Source of the DNA: Spirochaetia bacterium
GTDB taxonomy: Bacteria; Spirochaetota; Spirochaetia; SZUA-6; Bin103
Direction of reading: 5' to 3'
NCBI GenBank assembly: GCA_965198005.1
Contig: CBDAOI010000004.1
Span: 512,001-576,000 of the forward strand
Length of the DNA stretch: 64,000 bases
A program made the position numbers and the translations under genes. Below are positions 40,458 to 51,558 of the stretch, in pieces; within the stretch, counting starts at the first letter, position 1, and each line of letters opens with the position of its first letter. The notes beneath the pieces were generated by a model that saw only the letters and a list, made by a program, of their open reading frames with translations, was not told where the DNA came from and made no database searches.

Positions 40458-42089
40458 TTATGTGCAGCGCGCTAAGCGCGCGGTCGCGGGCTGCTTGGTG
40501 ACCGTGCGGTACCAGGTCTGGTCAAAAGCCGGACCGGTCACCAGCCCGGCGGTGGTGCGGCGCCGCGCCATCTGCTCGGTCTGCTGGAACATGATCACGT
40601 ACGGGCCCTCGTCCTGCAGGCGCCGCTGCAGGTCGCGGTAGAGTTGGGCGCGGCGCCCGGGGTCGAGCTCGTTGCGCGCCCGGACCACCGCCGCGTTGAA
40701 CTCCTCGCGGGCCCAGGCGTTGCGCCACGCCAGCACGCCGGTCAGGTTCGCCTCCGGGCGGTTGTCGGGGTTGCGCGCGAAGGCGTCCGCGTTGGAGTGC
40801 GGGTCGACGTAATCGGGCGACCAGGGGGCGAGGATCAGCTCGTGCTCGCGGGCGCGGTAGCGGGGCCACAGCTCTGCGCCCTCCCATATCACGACCTGCG
40901 CGTCAATGCCGGCCTCGGCGAAGGTCGCCCTGAGCGCCCGCGCGATGGCCGGAAACGGCGGGCTGGTGAGAGTGTCGATGCGCAGTGCGAACCCGTCGCC
41001 GTGGCCCGCATGCGCGAGTAGCGCCTTCGCCCGCGCAACGTCGCGTCGGTACGGCGTCTCGGTGTGGGCCGCCCACAGGCCGCGCGGCCAAAACGCCTGG
41101 TGCACGATAAACTGACCGGCCAGAAACGAGTCCGCCATGCCATGGTAGTCGACCGCGTGGCGCAGCGCCTGCACCACCTGCGGCTTGCCGAGAACCGGGT
41201 GGCCCTGGTTCGCCGCCAAGTAGATCAATGTGCCGCGCGGGTGGCTGTCGACGGCGATCTCTTCGTCGCCGTCGAGCGCCACGATCAGGTCGGGCGTGAG
41301 GTCGCGGGCAATATCGACATCGCCGCGCTCCAGCAGCAGCCGCTGGGAGGACGGCTCCGGCACGTGGCGCAGAATCACGCGCCGCACACCCGGCGCGCCG
41401 TGGCGATAATGGGGATTCGCGTCGAGTACCACCGACTCGTTGGCCTGCCAGCTGCGCAGCCGGAACGGCCCCGAGCCGGCGCTTTTGGTTTGCAGCCATG
41501 CCGCGCCCAGGTCGCCGTCCTGCTCATGGGCCATCACCAGCTCCCGGTCCACTACCGATCCGATGCCGGCCGAGAGCGCGTGTAGCACCAGCCCGGGCGA
41601 GAATTCCTCGACGATGTTGATGCGGACGTGACGCTCGTCGACCGTCTCCACCAGCTCGCCGACGTTGTCCGCGTTCCAGCCGAGTTGGGTGAGAATGAAC
41701 GCTGGCGATCCGCCGCGCCGCACGACCCGCTCCAGGGAGAACTCGACATCCTCCGGCCGCACCGGGTTGCCCGAGTGGAACGTCAGTCCGTCGCGAATCC
41801 GCAGGGTGATGGTTCTGCCGTCGTCGCTCACGGTATGGCTCTCGGCGACGCCACCGGCCAGCGTGCCGGGATCCTCCGGCTCGAACGTCATGATCCGGTC
41901 GTAGACGTTGGCCAGGATCTCGCCCGCAGTGAGCTCGAACGACTCGCCCGGATCGAAGGTGATGATGTCACCGATGTCCTTCGCCATAACGAGGGTGTCG
42001 GGCGGGGTCTGCGCCGGAGCCGGCGCGGCGGTCAGGGCGAAGAGACCGAGCAGGGCGATGAACGGGCCCGGGAGTCGGTACCTGGACAT
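40458..42089 (-). CDS. Family-5 (dipeptide-type) ABC substrate-binding protein, orphan
   Basis: Signal peptide, TFDPGESFE, FHSGNPV, GSGPF, WSPDYVDP. Intact 543 aa with no adjacent permease. Confidence 0.93.
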   Translation of the reverse strand: MSRYRLPGPFIALLGLFALTAAPAPAQTPPDTLVMAKDIGDIITFDPGESFELTAGEILANVYDRIMTFEPEDPGTLAGGVAESHTVSDDGRTITLRIRDGLTFHSGNPVRPEDVEFSLERVVRRGGSPAFILTQLGWNADNVGELVETVDERHVRINIVEEFSPGLVLHALSAGIGSVVDRELVMAHEQDGDLGAAWLQTKSAGSGPFRLRSWQANESVVLDANPHYRHGAPGVRRVILRHVPEPSSQRLLLERGDVDIARDLTPDLIVALDGDEEIAVDSHPRGTLIYLAANQGHPVLGKPQVVQALRHAVDYHGMADSFLAGQFIVHQAFWPRGLWAAHTETPYRRDVARAKALLAHAGHGDGFALRIDTLTSPPFPAIARALRATFAEAGIDAQVVIWEGAELWPRYRAREHELILAPWSPDYVDPHSNADAFARNPDNRPEANLTGVLAWRNAWAREEFNAAVVRARNELDPGRRAQLYRDLQRRLQDEGPYVIMFQQTEQMARRRTTAGLVTGPAFDQTWYRTVTKQPATARLARCT

Positions 42090-42606
42090 GCGTACAGGAT
42101 GTACCGCAACGCGTTCGCTCTGCTACTCATAGATCGAACGGATTGCCCATGAATCGTTCGAAGCAGAGCTGCTCCGGGTGTATCCTGATCGGTACCCCGT
42201 AATCCCGTGCCGCGTGGAATTGTTCTGGGGCTGACCGTCAGCCTCGGCTATCGTTTGTCCGGCACCACCACGGCCGAGTTGGCCTGGAATGCAGCAGATT
42301 CCGGTACCGATGATATCCTGAAGGCTGGCATTCTGCACCACAGCATGGATCTTGGCCTCAGGTACGAATTGTTTTAGGCCGACCTTGCCTGGCTCTGGGG
42401 CGGCCGAGGCGCACCAGAAGGATCCGACACGTGAACTTGCGTCGCGCCGCCACGTGCGCCACAGTAGGAGTGGCCCGTCGCGTCTCGCCGCACAACTCTG
42501 TGAGCAACGATGGTTCAGAAGCAGACCCAACGGTCTGGGTCCGAACCGATCTCCCATGCCGTCCGAGCCGGCAGCCCCACCGTCGGCCCGCCCAGCCGGC
42601 GGGAGG

Positions 42607-43830
42607 CTACCCTGGCCTCGGCATGCGGTAGCCGACGCCGCTCTCCAACGCCCGTGCGATGGTTTCGTCGCGTCCGTAACCGGAGATGAACACGACCGGC
42701 AGCTCGGCGAGCTCTGGGACGCTCTCCATGAGCGCTATGCCGTCGGTCCCCGGCAGCATCAGGTCGAGCAGGACCAGATGAGGCTTTTCGGTCCGGATGA
42801 TATGGGACAGATCCGCATCGCCGCCGGTCACCAGCGGCGCGTAGCCCGAGGCCGTCAGCGCGTCGCGCACGTAGCGCAGCGTCTGCGGGTCGTCGTCCAC
42901 CACCAGGATGCGGGCCGGCGCGCGCGGCTCCCGATGCGAGCTCGATGGGCGCCGACCGGCGCCGACCAGCTCGGAATCGCGGGTCTGCTCGGTAACGGGC
43001 ATGGTGAAGGTGAACCGGGTGCCATGGCCGGGGCCGCCGCTCTCGGCCTGGATGCGACCGCCGTGCGCCTCCACCAGCCCCTTGCAGATGACCAGCCCGA
43101 GGCCAGCCCCTCCGTTCTCGCGCCGGCCGTCGCGGCCGGCGACACCGGCATATCTGCGGAACAGATGAGGCAGCAGGTCGGGCGCCACGCCCCTGCCTTC
43201 GTCGGAGACCGAGACTGCGACGTGAACGCCTTCGCGCATCGCGGCGACCCGGATCGGGGAGGACTCGAGCGAGTGCCTGGCGGCGTTGGAAAGCAGGTTG
43301 TTCAGCACCTGCACGATGCGTCGCCGGTCGGCCATCACCGGCGGCAGGTCGAGCGGCAGGTCGATCAGCACAGGGTGCCGTCCGCCGCCGCTCAGGAACG
43401 TGTTCCTCGCTCGGTCCACCAGGTCGGACACCTCCGAGGGCTCCGGCTTCACCGACAGCGTGCCCGCCTTGATGCGCCCCGCATCCAGCAGGTCGCTGAT
43501 CAGACCACGCATGTGCGCCGGTCGGCCTGCCGTGCGAAGCCCCTCGACGATGCGGCGCGCCTCGCGGTTAAGCGACACCGGGTGGCCGGTGCGGGCTTCG
43601 AACACCACCACGCCCACCGGCGAGGTCTCGACCAGGGCTTCCAGGTCGGCGCGGGCGCGCTGCTCGGCGCGGTGGGTGCGCGCGTTGGCGATCACGGTGG
43701 CCGCCTGCGCGGTGAATAGCACCAGCACCTCCTCGTCCTCGGCCGTGAACTCCGGCGCGCCCTCCTTCTCGACGAGGAAGAAGTTGCCGACGTGCGCGCT
43801 GCGGTAGCGCATCGGCGTGCCCTGGAAGGT
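42607..43830 (-). pseudogene. Hybrid sensor kinase remnant (GAF-PAS-HATPase-REC) lacking the H-box
   Basis: QVLNNLLSNA, DEGRG, GLGL, VVDDD, LDLMLP are present. The HisKA His helix and both termini are missing. Confidence 0.85.
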
Positions 43831-43931
43831 CTTCGAGCTTGGAATGGGTCAGCACAACGTCAACCCAGGTGCATGCGTCGGTGCCGGGCCGGTAGCGTCT
43901 GGTAACGGGACGTTCTGTCGAGCCACGGCGG

Positions 43932-44681
43932 TCAGCGCAGCTCCCGCATCATCGCGCCAACGGCTCCTGCCGAATCGGCAACGTTGAACGGGAAACAGAC
44001 CATCTCCAGATCGTGATCTTCGACGAATCGGAAATGGAGCGTCTCGCGAAACGCCGTCGTCCTTGGATAGACGAGGACGACACGCCGGCAGCCGTATCGC
44101 TTCCCGTAGGCGAAGAGCTGGTACGCGTCGTCCTGACTGACCCCATGGTTCGCAGCGTCGGGATCGAGACGCTTCCACTTCGCATCCAGGATGAATCGGG
44201 CCTGGATCCGCCCACGCATGCAGGAGAGATTCGCCTCCCGCGTACGGTACGCACGGGCGAAGCCACGCTGGGTCAGCAGGACGACGCTCGCCAGGAACAG
44301 ATGGACAAATGCTTCGAACATGTCCATGTGGCGGATCGCTCGGATGCCGGCACTGTCAAGCTGCGCTTCACCGAGACCGCGCCAATCCCGCAGCATGGCC
44401 AGGAAGACACCGATCACGGTCCCACGGTGTGTTTCGATGATCCCAACGTAGTTCTGTGCGTGGAGGCGACCGTTCCGTAGCGCGAAGACGGCCCGGCGCT
44501 GACTCCATTCGTCGGTCGATTGCGCGAGTGCGAATCTCTCCAGATCACGCTGTTCGTCTTCACGCAATCCGTTGAGCGGCTCGTACTCTCGAACGACCAG
44601 TGCGTGCGACACGGTGCGTCGTGGCCCCGGCGGCGCGGCGGTAAAGGAGTCCTCGCCGGATGGATGTCGCACTTGCGTCAC
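43932..44681 (-). pseudogene. mcrC: McrC-family nuclease with internal deletions
   Basis: AQNYVGII, ILDAKWK, DAYQLFAY. Much shorter than expected, and overlaps the mcrB stop. Confidence 0.8.
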
Positions 44682-46013
44682 TCCGGCACGCTTCGCTCAG
44701 GGTCTCCACGTGCCGCGCTGCCGTCTTCCGTCTGCGTCGTCGTCTCGTAGATCGCTCGGTACGCCGTAGGGGAGGTCCACCGTCCGTCGGCGGCGGGCCA
44801 CAGATCGTACACGGCCCGGCTGGCATCCACCAGATCCATTCTGGCCAGCTCCTCCGGCAGATTCGACTTCCGGACGAATCCGTTGTTGTTCAGAACCGCG
44901 CGGATCTTTTCCCAGTCGTCGTAGAAGTACTCCTGCAGCAGCGGCATGACTCGGGTCCGGAACGTGCTCGCGAGCAACTCCACGGTGTCTACCCTCAGGA
45001 AGTAGGTGTGTCCGATCTGGTGCTCCCGATCCAGCAATACGGCGATGCGAAGATTCATCGCGGCCAGAAGCTTGCTGCAATCGACGCCGTCCACGTCCGC
45101 ACTGAGGCCTGGATGGGACGGGTCCGGCATCATCTCCTCGAACACGAAGCAGCGCGTGCAGTCCGCGGTGTGTCGCCGGTACGCCAAAGGCCGTCTTCGA
45201 GCCGGGCAGTGTCACCCGCGCTTCGTCGGCTTGGCCGATTCGCTTTGAGTCCTCGATCAGGGTGATCAGCTCGCCGAAGATTCGGGCAATGTTGCCGCGG
45301 TTGATTTCGTCGATGACCAGGACGTAGCGCCGGTTCGGCTCCAGCGCGGCGCGCTCCGCGATGCGCCGGAACACGCCGCGCGACAACTCATACCGAACCT
45401 CGCCAGCATCTCCGGGTTCGGGCCGGGTCTCCGCGCTGTCGCTCGCGCCGTCTGCCAGAACCGGACGGATGCCTTCAACAAAGTCCTCGTAGGTGGTGTT
45501 TTGGTGAAACGTCACCATCTCGATTCGCCCGGCACCTTGATGCTCGTCGAACCGGCGCTTGACGATAGCGCGGTCCTCCGCCGCCACCTCACCGACTTCC
45601 CGATCCTCGACAACCGCCACCGCGTACGTGACGGTATGCCACGTCTTCCCGGTTCCGGGCGGGCCGTAGAGAATCGTGTTCAGGGCATGCGCCAATCGAA
45701 CCGGACCGCGACGCGGCGGCCGGGGGTCGGGATGCTCCCGGTGGAGCTTCCATACGACCGATTGAGCGTCCAGTCGTGTACTCGGTCTATCCATGCCCCG
45801 CCTCCGTGCTTCTTCGAGTACACGGTCAAGGAATCCAAGGGCATACTCGTACTCATCCCCTACATCGGCGGCGGAAGGCTCCGGATAGCCCAGTCTCTGA
45901 TATACGGCTCGGAACGGCGTTTGTCGGTATGGCGGATACTGTTGCGGATCGATCCCCATCATGAGATACGATGCGAAATTGAGGCGAGTGCCCGTGGCTC
46001 CTCGGGGGTACAC
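44678..46013 (-). pseudogene. mcrB: McrB-family AAA+ GTPase, frameshifted and truncated
   Basis: GPPGTGKT, TFHQNTTYEDFVEG, IDEINRGN, QIGHTYF, PLLQEYFYDDW. Broken around the NTAD motif. Confidence 0.88.
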
Positions 46014-46916
46014 GCTTTCGGGTAGTCTGCCGTCGAATGAACCCCGCGCGAGTCATCCGGGCTCGCGACGAGTGCACGGTCGTGACCTTTCACGAAGTCA
46101 AAGCGGTGACCCTCTACGCGGGGTACGCGCGTGGGACGGGAACTCCGGGCCGGCCGTCAATACGCTCAAGTGTCTGCGGGCGTCCGCCCTCCACGACGCG
46201 TGGTGCCAGGCCATGCGCGCCGACATCTTCGAGAACAGCTTCCGCAATTGGGTAGCCGGAGCGTCGGAATACCAACGGATCTGTCGGCAGGACGGCATGG
46301 GCTGGCTGAGGGCCAAGTCGCGCTACCTCGCGATCCTATGCTACGGCGGCTGGAAGAAAGTCATGGGCAGGCTCCGTCCGGCGGCGACCCAGCCTTGACT
46401 TGCTTTGCTAACCGTCATTCGCTGGCGTATCAGGGGGTGCTGGGTAGCGAGCGGTGCGCCGAGCATTAAGCTTCCTGGACTCGAACTCATCGGCGACCGA
46501 GACAATAAGCGCGGAATTCTTGAGGTTCCCCCTGGGTAAGACCGTATCGCTCCATTGGCCGCGACGGTCGCCTTCAACAGGTGCACGTGGTAACCGGGCA
46601 CGCCCATGTTGCCAGGCCGAGCAGTAACAGGATCCACCGCAGCCGGGGCACCAGGTCCGCGCGGATAGTTGTGCCCGCCTACTTCCGTCGCTCTTCTGCC
46701 AAGTTGGGCGAGGCCAGCGATGTCCGGTAAGGCGCTTCTGTCGCCCTGGGATCACCAGGCGCCGTCTCAGCTCAGTAGGGTGGGTGAGTGGCGACTATCC
46801 GGCCCCGTTGACGGGCGCACACCACCCCGCCAAACTCTGCCATGAAGGAGGGGCTGTCCACAGGAGGCCCGGGAATCGGCGATCTGACCGGCACCGCCTC
46901 CTTCCGGGAGGACCGC

Positions 46917-47159
46917 ATGGCACGTCACGACTCGACAGAGGGCAGCTCGATGGTGACCGTCCACGTATACCGTGCTGAGGAGGGCGGCTTTTGGGCAGAG
47001 ATGCCCGAGTATCCGGGGTGTTACACCCAGGGCGAGACCATGGACGAGCTCAAGGAAAACGTCCGTGAAGCCGTCCTGTGCTACATCGACGCTGGGTATG
47101 CCGACCAGCGAACGACCGAAAGAACGGAGAGGCCTGAGATTCTGCAGGTTGCTCTGTGA
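46917..47159 (+). CDS. hicB: HicB-family antitoxin
   Basis: EEGGFWAEMPEYPGCYTQGETMDELKENVREA. GGAGG RBS before ATG 46917. Confidence 0.9.
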   Translation: MARHDSTEGSSMVTVHVYRAEEGGFWAEMPEYPGCYTQGETMDELKENVREAVLCYIDAGYADQRTTERTERPEILQVAL

Positions 47160-47356
47160 AGGTAGTTTCTGGACGGGACCTTGTACGAATCCTGAAAGCT
47201 CGAGGGTGGGTCGTAGATAGAATCAGGGGTAGCCATTACGCCCTGTCCTGCGAGACTCGCAAGGTGGTCGTCCCGGTGCACGGCAACAGAGATCTGAGGA
47301 TCGGGCTTCAAGCTCGACTGATGAAGGATGCCGGGATAGCCGAAGCAGATCTGTGA
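47156..47356 (+). CDS. hicA: HicA-family toxin
   Basis: GRDLVRILKARGW..RIRGSH...VVPVHGNRDL. GTGA overlap with hicB. Confidence 0.92.
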   Translation: MKVVSGRDLVRILKARGWVVDRIRGSHYALSCETRKVVVPVHGNRDLRIGLQARLMKDAGIAEADL

Positions 47357-47507
47357 AGGCTGGTCCGTTTCAGCCCGTACATTACCGAGGCGCCAACCCT
47401 ACCCGGCGTGCGCGCCGCGGCGCCAGTGCTGCAGGTGACCTGCGGACACCGCTTACGGCGAACGGAAAGCCGACGATCTCGCGTTGCAAGGCGGGCGGCT
47501 GAAGCTG

Positions 47508-48690
47508 ATGCGCCTGTCATGGAACGAGGTCCGCGCCCGCGCCGCCGCCTTCGCCGAGGACTGGAAGAACGCGGCCTACGAGAAGGGCGAGACGCAGAGC
47601 TTCTACAAGGCCTTTTTCGAAGTGTTCGGGGTACGGCGGCGGAACGTCGCGCGCTACGAGGCGCATGTCGCCAAGCTCGACCACCGCTCGGGCTTCATAG
47701 ACCTGTTCTGGCCTGGCGTTCTAATCGTCGAACAGAAGAGCGCTGGGCGCGACCTGAAGGCCGCCTATGAGCAGGCCGGGGAGTACTTCGACGCACTCCC
47801 CGAGCGCGAGCGTCCGCGCTACATCCTGGTGAGCGACTTCCAGACCTTCGAGCTTCGGGACCTGGACGAACAGGAAGTTGCCGCCTTCCGGCTCGCGGAC
47901 CTGCCCGCGCATGTCGAGGCGTTTGGCTTCATCATCGGCGTGCAACGCCGGACTTTCCGCGATCAGGATCCGGCGAACATCAAAGCTGCGGAGCTGGTCG
48001 GGCGGCTGCATGACACGCTCGCGGAGGCAGGCCACCGGGGGCATGACCTGGAACGCTTCCTCGTGCGCGTCGTGTTCTGCATGTTCGCCGACGACACCGG
48101 GGTGTTCGAGCCGCGCGACATCTTCCTCGACTTCATCGAGACGCGGACCGGCGAGGACGGGGCCGATCTCGGGCCGTGGATAGCGCAACTGTTTGAAGTG
48201 CTCGACACTCCGGAGGACGAACGCGCGGCGACCCTCGACGAGGACCTGGCGCGGTTCCCCTACATCAACGGCGATCTGTTCGAGGGGCACCTGCGGACGT
48301 TCTCGTTCGACTCGGCGATGCGCGGGGCGCTGCTAGATGCGTGCCGGTTCGACTGGTCGAACATTTCGCCCGCGATCTTCGGCGCGCTGTTTCAGTCGGT
48401 GATGGATCCCGTGCAACGCCGTGCCCAAGGTGCGCACTACACGACCGAAAAGAACATCCTCAAGGTGATCGAGCCGTTGTTCATGGACGACCTGCGCGCC
48501 GAGCTCAAGCGGGTGCGGATGCGGCGGGGGCGAGACGGTCCGGCGGTGCTCCGGCAGTTCCAGGCAAACCTCCGCGGTCTGACGTTCTTCGACCCGGCGT
48601 GCGGATGCGGCAACTTTCTCATCGTCGCCTACCGGGAACTGCGGATGCTCGAAATCGAGGTGATCCGCGAAATCGTGGGCGGGGAGCAGA
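47508..48690 (+). pseudogene. MmeI/YeeA-like type II restriction-modification protein, 3'-truncated
   Basis: IDLFWPGVLIVEQKS, FPYINGDLF, ISPAIFGALFQ, GAHYT, DPACGCGNFL. Ends before NPPF and the TRD. Confidence 0.9.
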
Positions 48691-48859
48691 AGCTCTTGCG
48701 GCGACGTGCGCAGGAGTGTCGGTGCGGAGTTTGGGGTAGTGAACGAGGGGGACTGGGGCCTGAGCTGACTGACGCTACTCCCGGACGATGCGCAGGCGGG
48801 GCCGCCCGGTGTTCGGCTGCTGGAGCGACGGCACCTGTCCGTCGGCATCGGGAGCTGAG

Positions 48860-49841
48860 CCGGGTCACTGACAACTGGATCTTCTACTGGCGGTTCCTGG
48901 CCCACCTGCAGGACCGGGACTACCGCCCGCGCACCGTGCAGCGCTACCACCAGATGCTGCGCTTCCTGAGCTGGCTGGACGGCCGGTCGCTGCGCAGCGT
49001 GGTGCGAGAGGATATCGAGCGCTACCTGCTGTACCGCAAGGCCCAGCGGCAGCGGGTCGCCTACACGATCCGCTACACGCGGGAGGTGCTGGCGGCGTTC
49101 TTTCAGTGGCTGATGCAATACTGTTCCATCGAGGTGAACCCCGCGGCCGGGCTGCGGATTCGGCTCTACTACCCGCAGCCGGAGCGGCTGGACTTGTTCA
49201 GCCATGACGAGACGCTACTGTTGGTGCGGGCGCCGGCACGTGCCCGCGAGCGGCTGCAGCGCTCGGAGTTTTCGACCGAGCATGCGTGGCGAGCGCAGCG
49301 GTATCGCTTGGCGATGCAGCACCTGATCCTGAAGCTGCTGTTCTCCACCGGGATGCGGCCCTGTGAGATCGTGAGCTTGGAGCTTCAGGACGTGGACCAC
49401 GAGCAGCTCAAGCTGCGGGTGCGCGCCAAAGGCAGGCAACGCTACCTGGAGCGGCAGCGGAGCGCCTTCATTACCGCGCGCACGGCGCAGCAACTGCAGG
49501 AATTGCTGGCGCAAGCGGCGGCGGTCCGTAGCGGCGCATCACAGGATCGGCTGTTCATCCACCACCGCGGCGGGAAGCCGTTGGCTTCCGGCTATGTCAA
49601 TATCGTAGTCAAGCAGTGGGCTGCCCGGTGCGGGATAGCACGCACCGTGTACGCCTACATGGCGCGCTATACGTTCTGTACGCGGCTGGTGGAGAACGGC
49701 GCCGACCTGTACAGCCTGAAGCGGCTGATGGGTCACACCCAGACGGCGGTGACGCTGAAGCACTACTTGAAGCTCACGCCGAGCGAGTTGCGGCGCGAAT
49801 GGAAGGAGTTCAATCCGCTGGTGGCGGGAGTGAAGGAATGA
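48860..49841 (+). CDS. Tyrosine recombinase (true start uncertain)
   Basis: SAM-like domain ending VNPA, TGMRPCEI, AKG, YMARYTFCT, GADL, MGH, HY. Confidence 0.88.
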
Positions 49842-50845
49842 CGCTGGACGCGGCGATCGACAGCTACCGGAACGACCTGCACGAGCGGCATTACTCGGCC
49901 GCTGATATGGAGCGCAAGCAGAACCTGTTGCGGCGCTGGCTGTCGTACGCAGTGGCGCTGCATCAACCGGGGCTGCCGTCGCGGCTGCTGAAGATGACGG
50001 AGATCCGGCTGTACGGTGGTCGTGGTGTGGTGGGCGCCGCCGGAACAGCTGAGCGGCACGCCGCGGTAGCGGAGTTTCTGAATTGGTGGCGGACGGCAGA
50101 CGCGAACGTGAGGCACGTGGCGCTGGCGACCCTGATAGATCAATACCGCCGCGAACAGCTTGCCGGGCGCGCCGATGAAGCGCGCCGGCGGCGCGCCGTC
50201 GATGACTTCTGCCGTGGCCTCGGACTGGAGCTGGCGCTGCGCAGCATGGCAGCGAATACGTATCGTCAGGCGCTGGGATGGCTGCGGGCACAGCGCATCG
50301 AGCGCGCGGCGACCTATAGCGCTACGTTTTTCGTGTACTGTGGCGAGCACGGCTGGCTGTCCTTCCAACCGCCCAGCCGTACGGTGCGGGAACCCTATCA
50401 ACAGGTGTTTGACGCCGAGTTCCTGGGCACCGATGGCGGGCTCTGGAGCGAGCGGCTGCGGCGCTATCTGGAATACCTGAAGAGCGAGCGCAATCTGAGC
50501 GACGGCGGTATCGATTACTACGTGCGCAAACTCAAGGTGTTCGTCGAGTGGCTGAACGCCAGTGCCGAGGCGGAGCCGACAACCGTGCCGGCGATCAAGC
50601 GCTTCCTCAGCGAGAGGCACCGGCAGGGATGCAAGCTGAGCACGGTGGCGAAGCACCTGTACGCGCTGCGGGTGTTCTTCGAGTTTCTGGTTGACAAAGG
50701 AATTATCGACAGCAACCCGGCGCTGGAGCTGAGCCTCAGGGCGGACCCGGCGGAGCCCCAGGAGACCTTGACCCAGCTGGAGGTGGCGCAGCTGATCGAG
50801 TTCCTGGAAGACCAACAGCGGGCCAGCCGCGAGCGACTCGAGGCG
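49838..50845 (+). pseudogene. Second, long tyrosine-recombinase-like gene truncated before the catalytic domain
   Basis: ATGA overlap with the first gene. YLEYLKSERNLS...TVAKHLYALRVFFEFL...SNPA...LTQLEV, then fused to foreign sequence. Confidence 0.8.
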
Positions 50846-50849
50846 GCCG

Positions 50850-51100
50850 TGCAGAGCACCCACCACGTCCGGGAGCGTGTCGATGCCCACCTCGATTGCC
50901 GGACCCGCGGGCCGGGTGGCGCGCGGGTGCAGACACACGGTCTGGTCGGCCTCCAGGATACGCGCGCGGGCACCGTGGGCGTCGCGCAGCAGGAGGTCGG
51001 CTGCACCGAACGTAGCGATCGGCGAGCCGCGCACGTGGGCCATGGTCTTGAGCAGCCCAGCCAGGAGCTGCCCCGGTTGTTCGACGCGGTACTCGGCCAT
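50850..51100 (-). pseudogene. Uma2-like fragment, paralog of 18353-19262
   Basis: DLLLRDAHGARARILEADQTVCLHP...LPDVV resembles DLLLRDAGGEPRRIMQADESVYLHP...FPDVV. Confidence 0.75.
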
Positions 51101-51144
51101 GGCGCCGATCGTAGCGCACGGCGACCACGAATCCAAATTCAATG

Positions 51145-51186
51145 AAAAAAGGACTTCGCCGACCGCCGAACGGGCGGGCGAAGTCC
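51145..51186 (-). terminator. Rho-independent terminator
   Basis: GGACTTCGCC/GGCGAAGTCC stem followed by T6 on the minus strand. Confidence 0.85.
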
Positions 51187-51215
51187 TCGGGATCGGGCGT
51201 CGGACCCGGACGGCC

Positions 51216-51497
51216 TCAGTAGCCGCTCAGCGGGCACCCGACGCCGTTGGCGTAGCCATAGCCCTTGGCTTCCGTCATGCTCTGCACGGCCGTCTGCGTC
51301 CGGACGCTGGCCGTCACCGCGCTGGTGGAAGCCGGCGCCGCGGGCGCCGCCACCTCTGTGGCAGCCTCCACGACCGGTTCGGAAACCACCTGGGGCAAGC
51401 TGAGCGAAAACGGAAGTGCGTCGCCGAAGACGAACGACATCACCACCAGGGTGAAGGCCGCCATTGCCACGAATGCTACCATCGCGATGCGCATCAT
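51216..51497 (-). CDS. Small membrane-anchored or exported hypothetical protein
   Basis: GGGAGG RBS, hydrophobic N-terminus, A/P/T/S-rich linker, followed by a terminator. Confidence 0.75.
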   Translation of the reverse strand: MMRIAMVAFVAMAAFTLVVMSFVFGDALPFSLSLPQVVSEPVVEAATEVAAPAAPASTSAVTASVRTQTAVQSMTEAKGYGYANGVGCPLSGY

Positions 51498-51558
51498 CTG
51501 ACCTCCCGGATACTGAATGTAGCGCCTGCCAGGGACACTGTCAAACGCCCTGCGCGCC

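Noticed and set aside
37985..40470. Two TTATGT..CAGC motifs resembling dif/att half-sites bracketing the TIR-AlpA segment
   Set aside because: The match is too short and no convincing XerC arm or longer direct repeat is present.
46030..46780. Short ORF pieces between mcrB and hicB (e.g. RASALHDAWCQAM)
   Set aside because: No family could be assigned with confidence. Probably further remnants.
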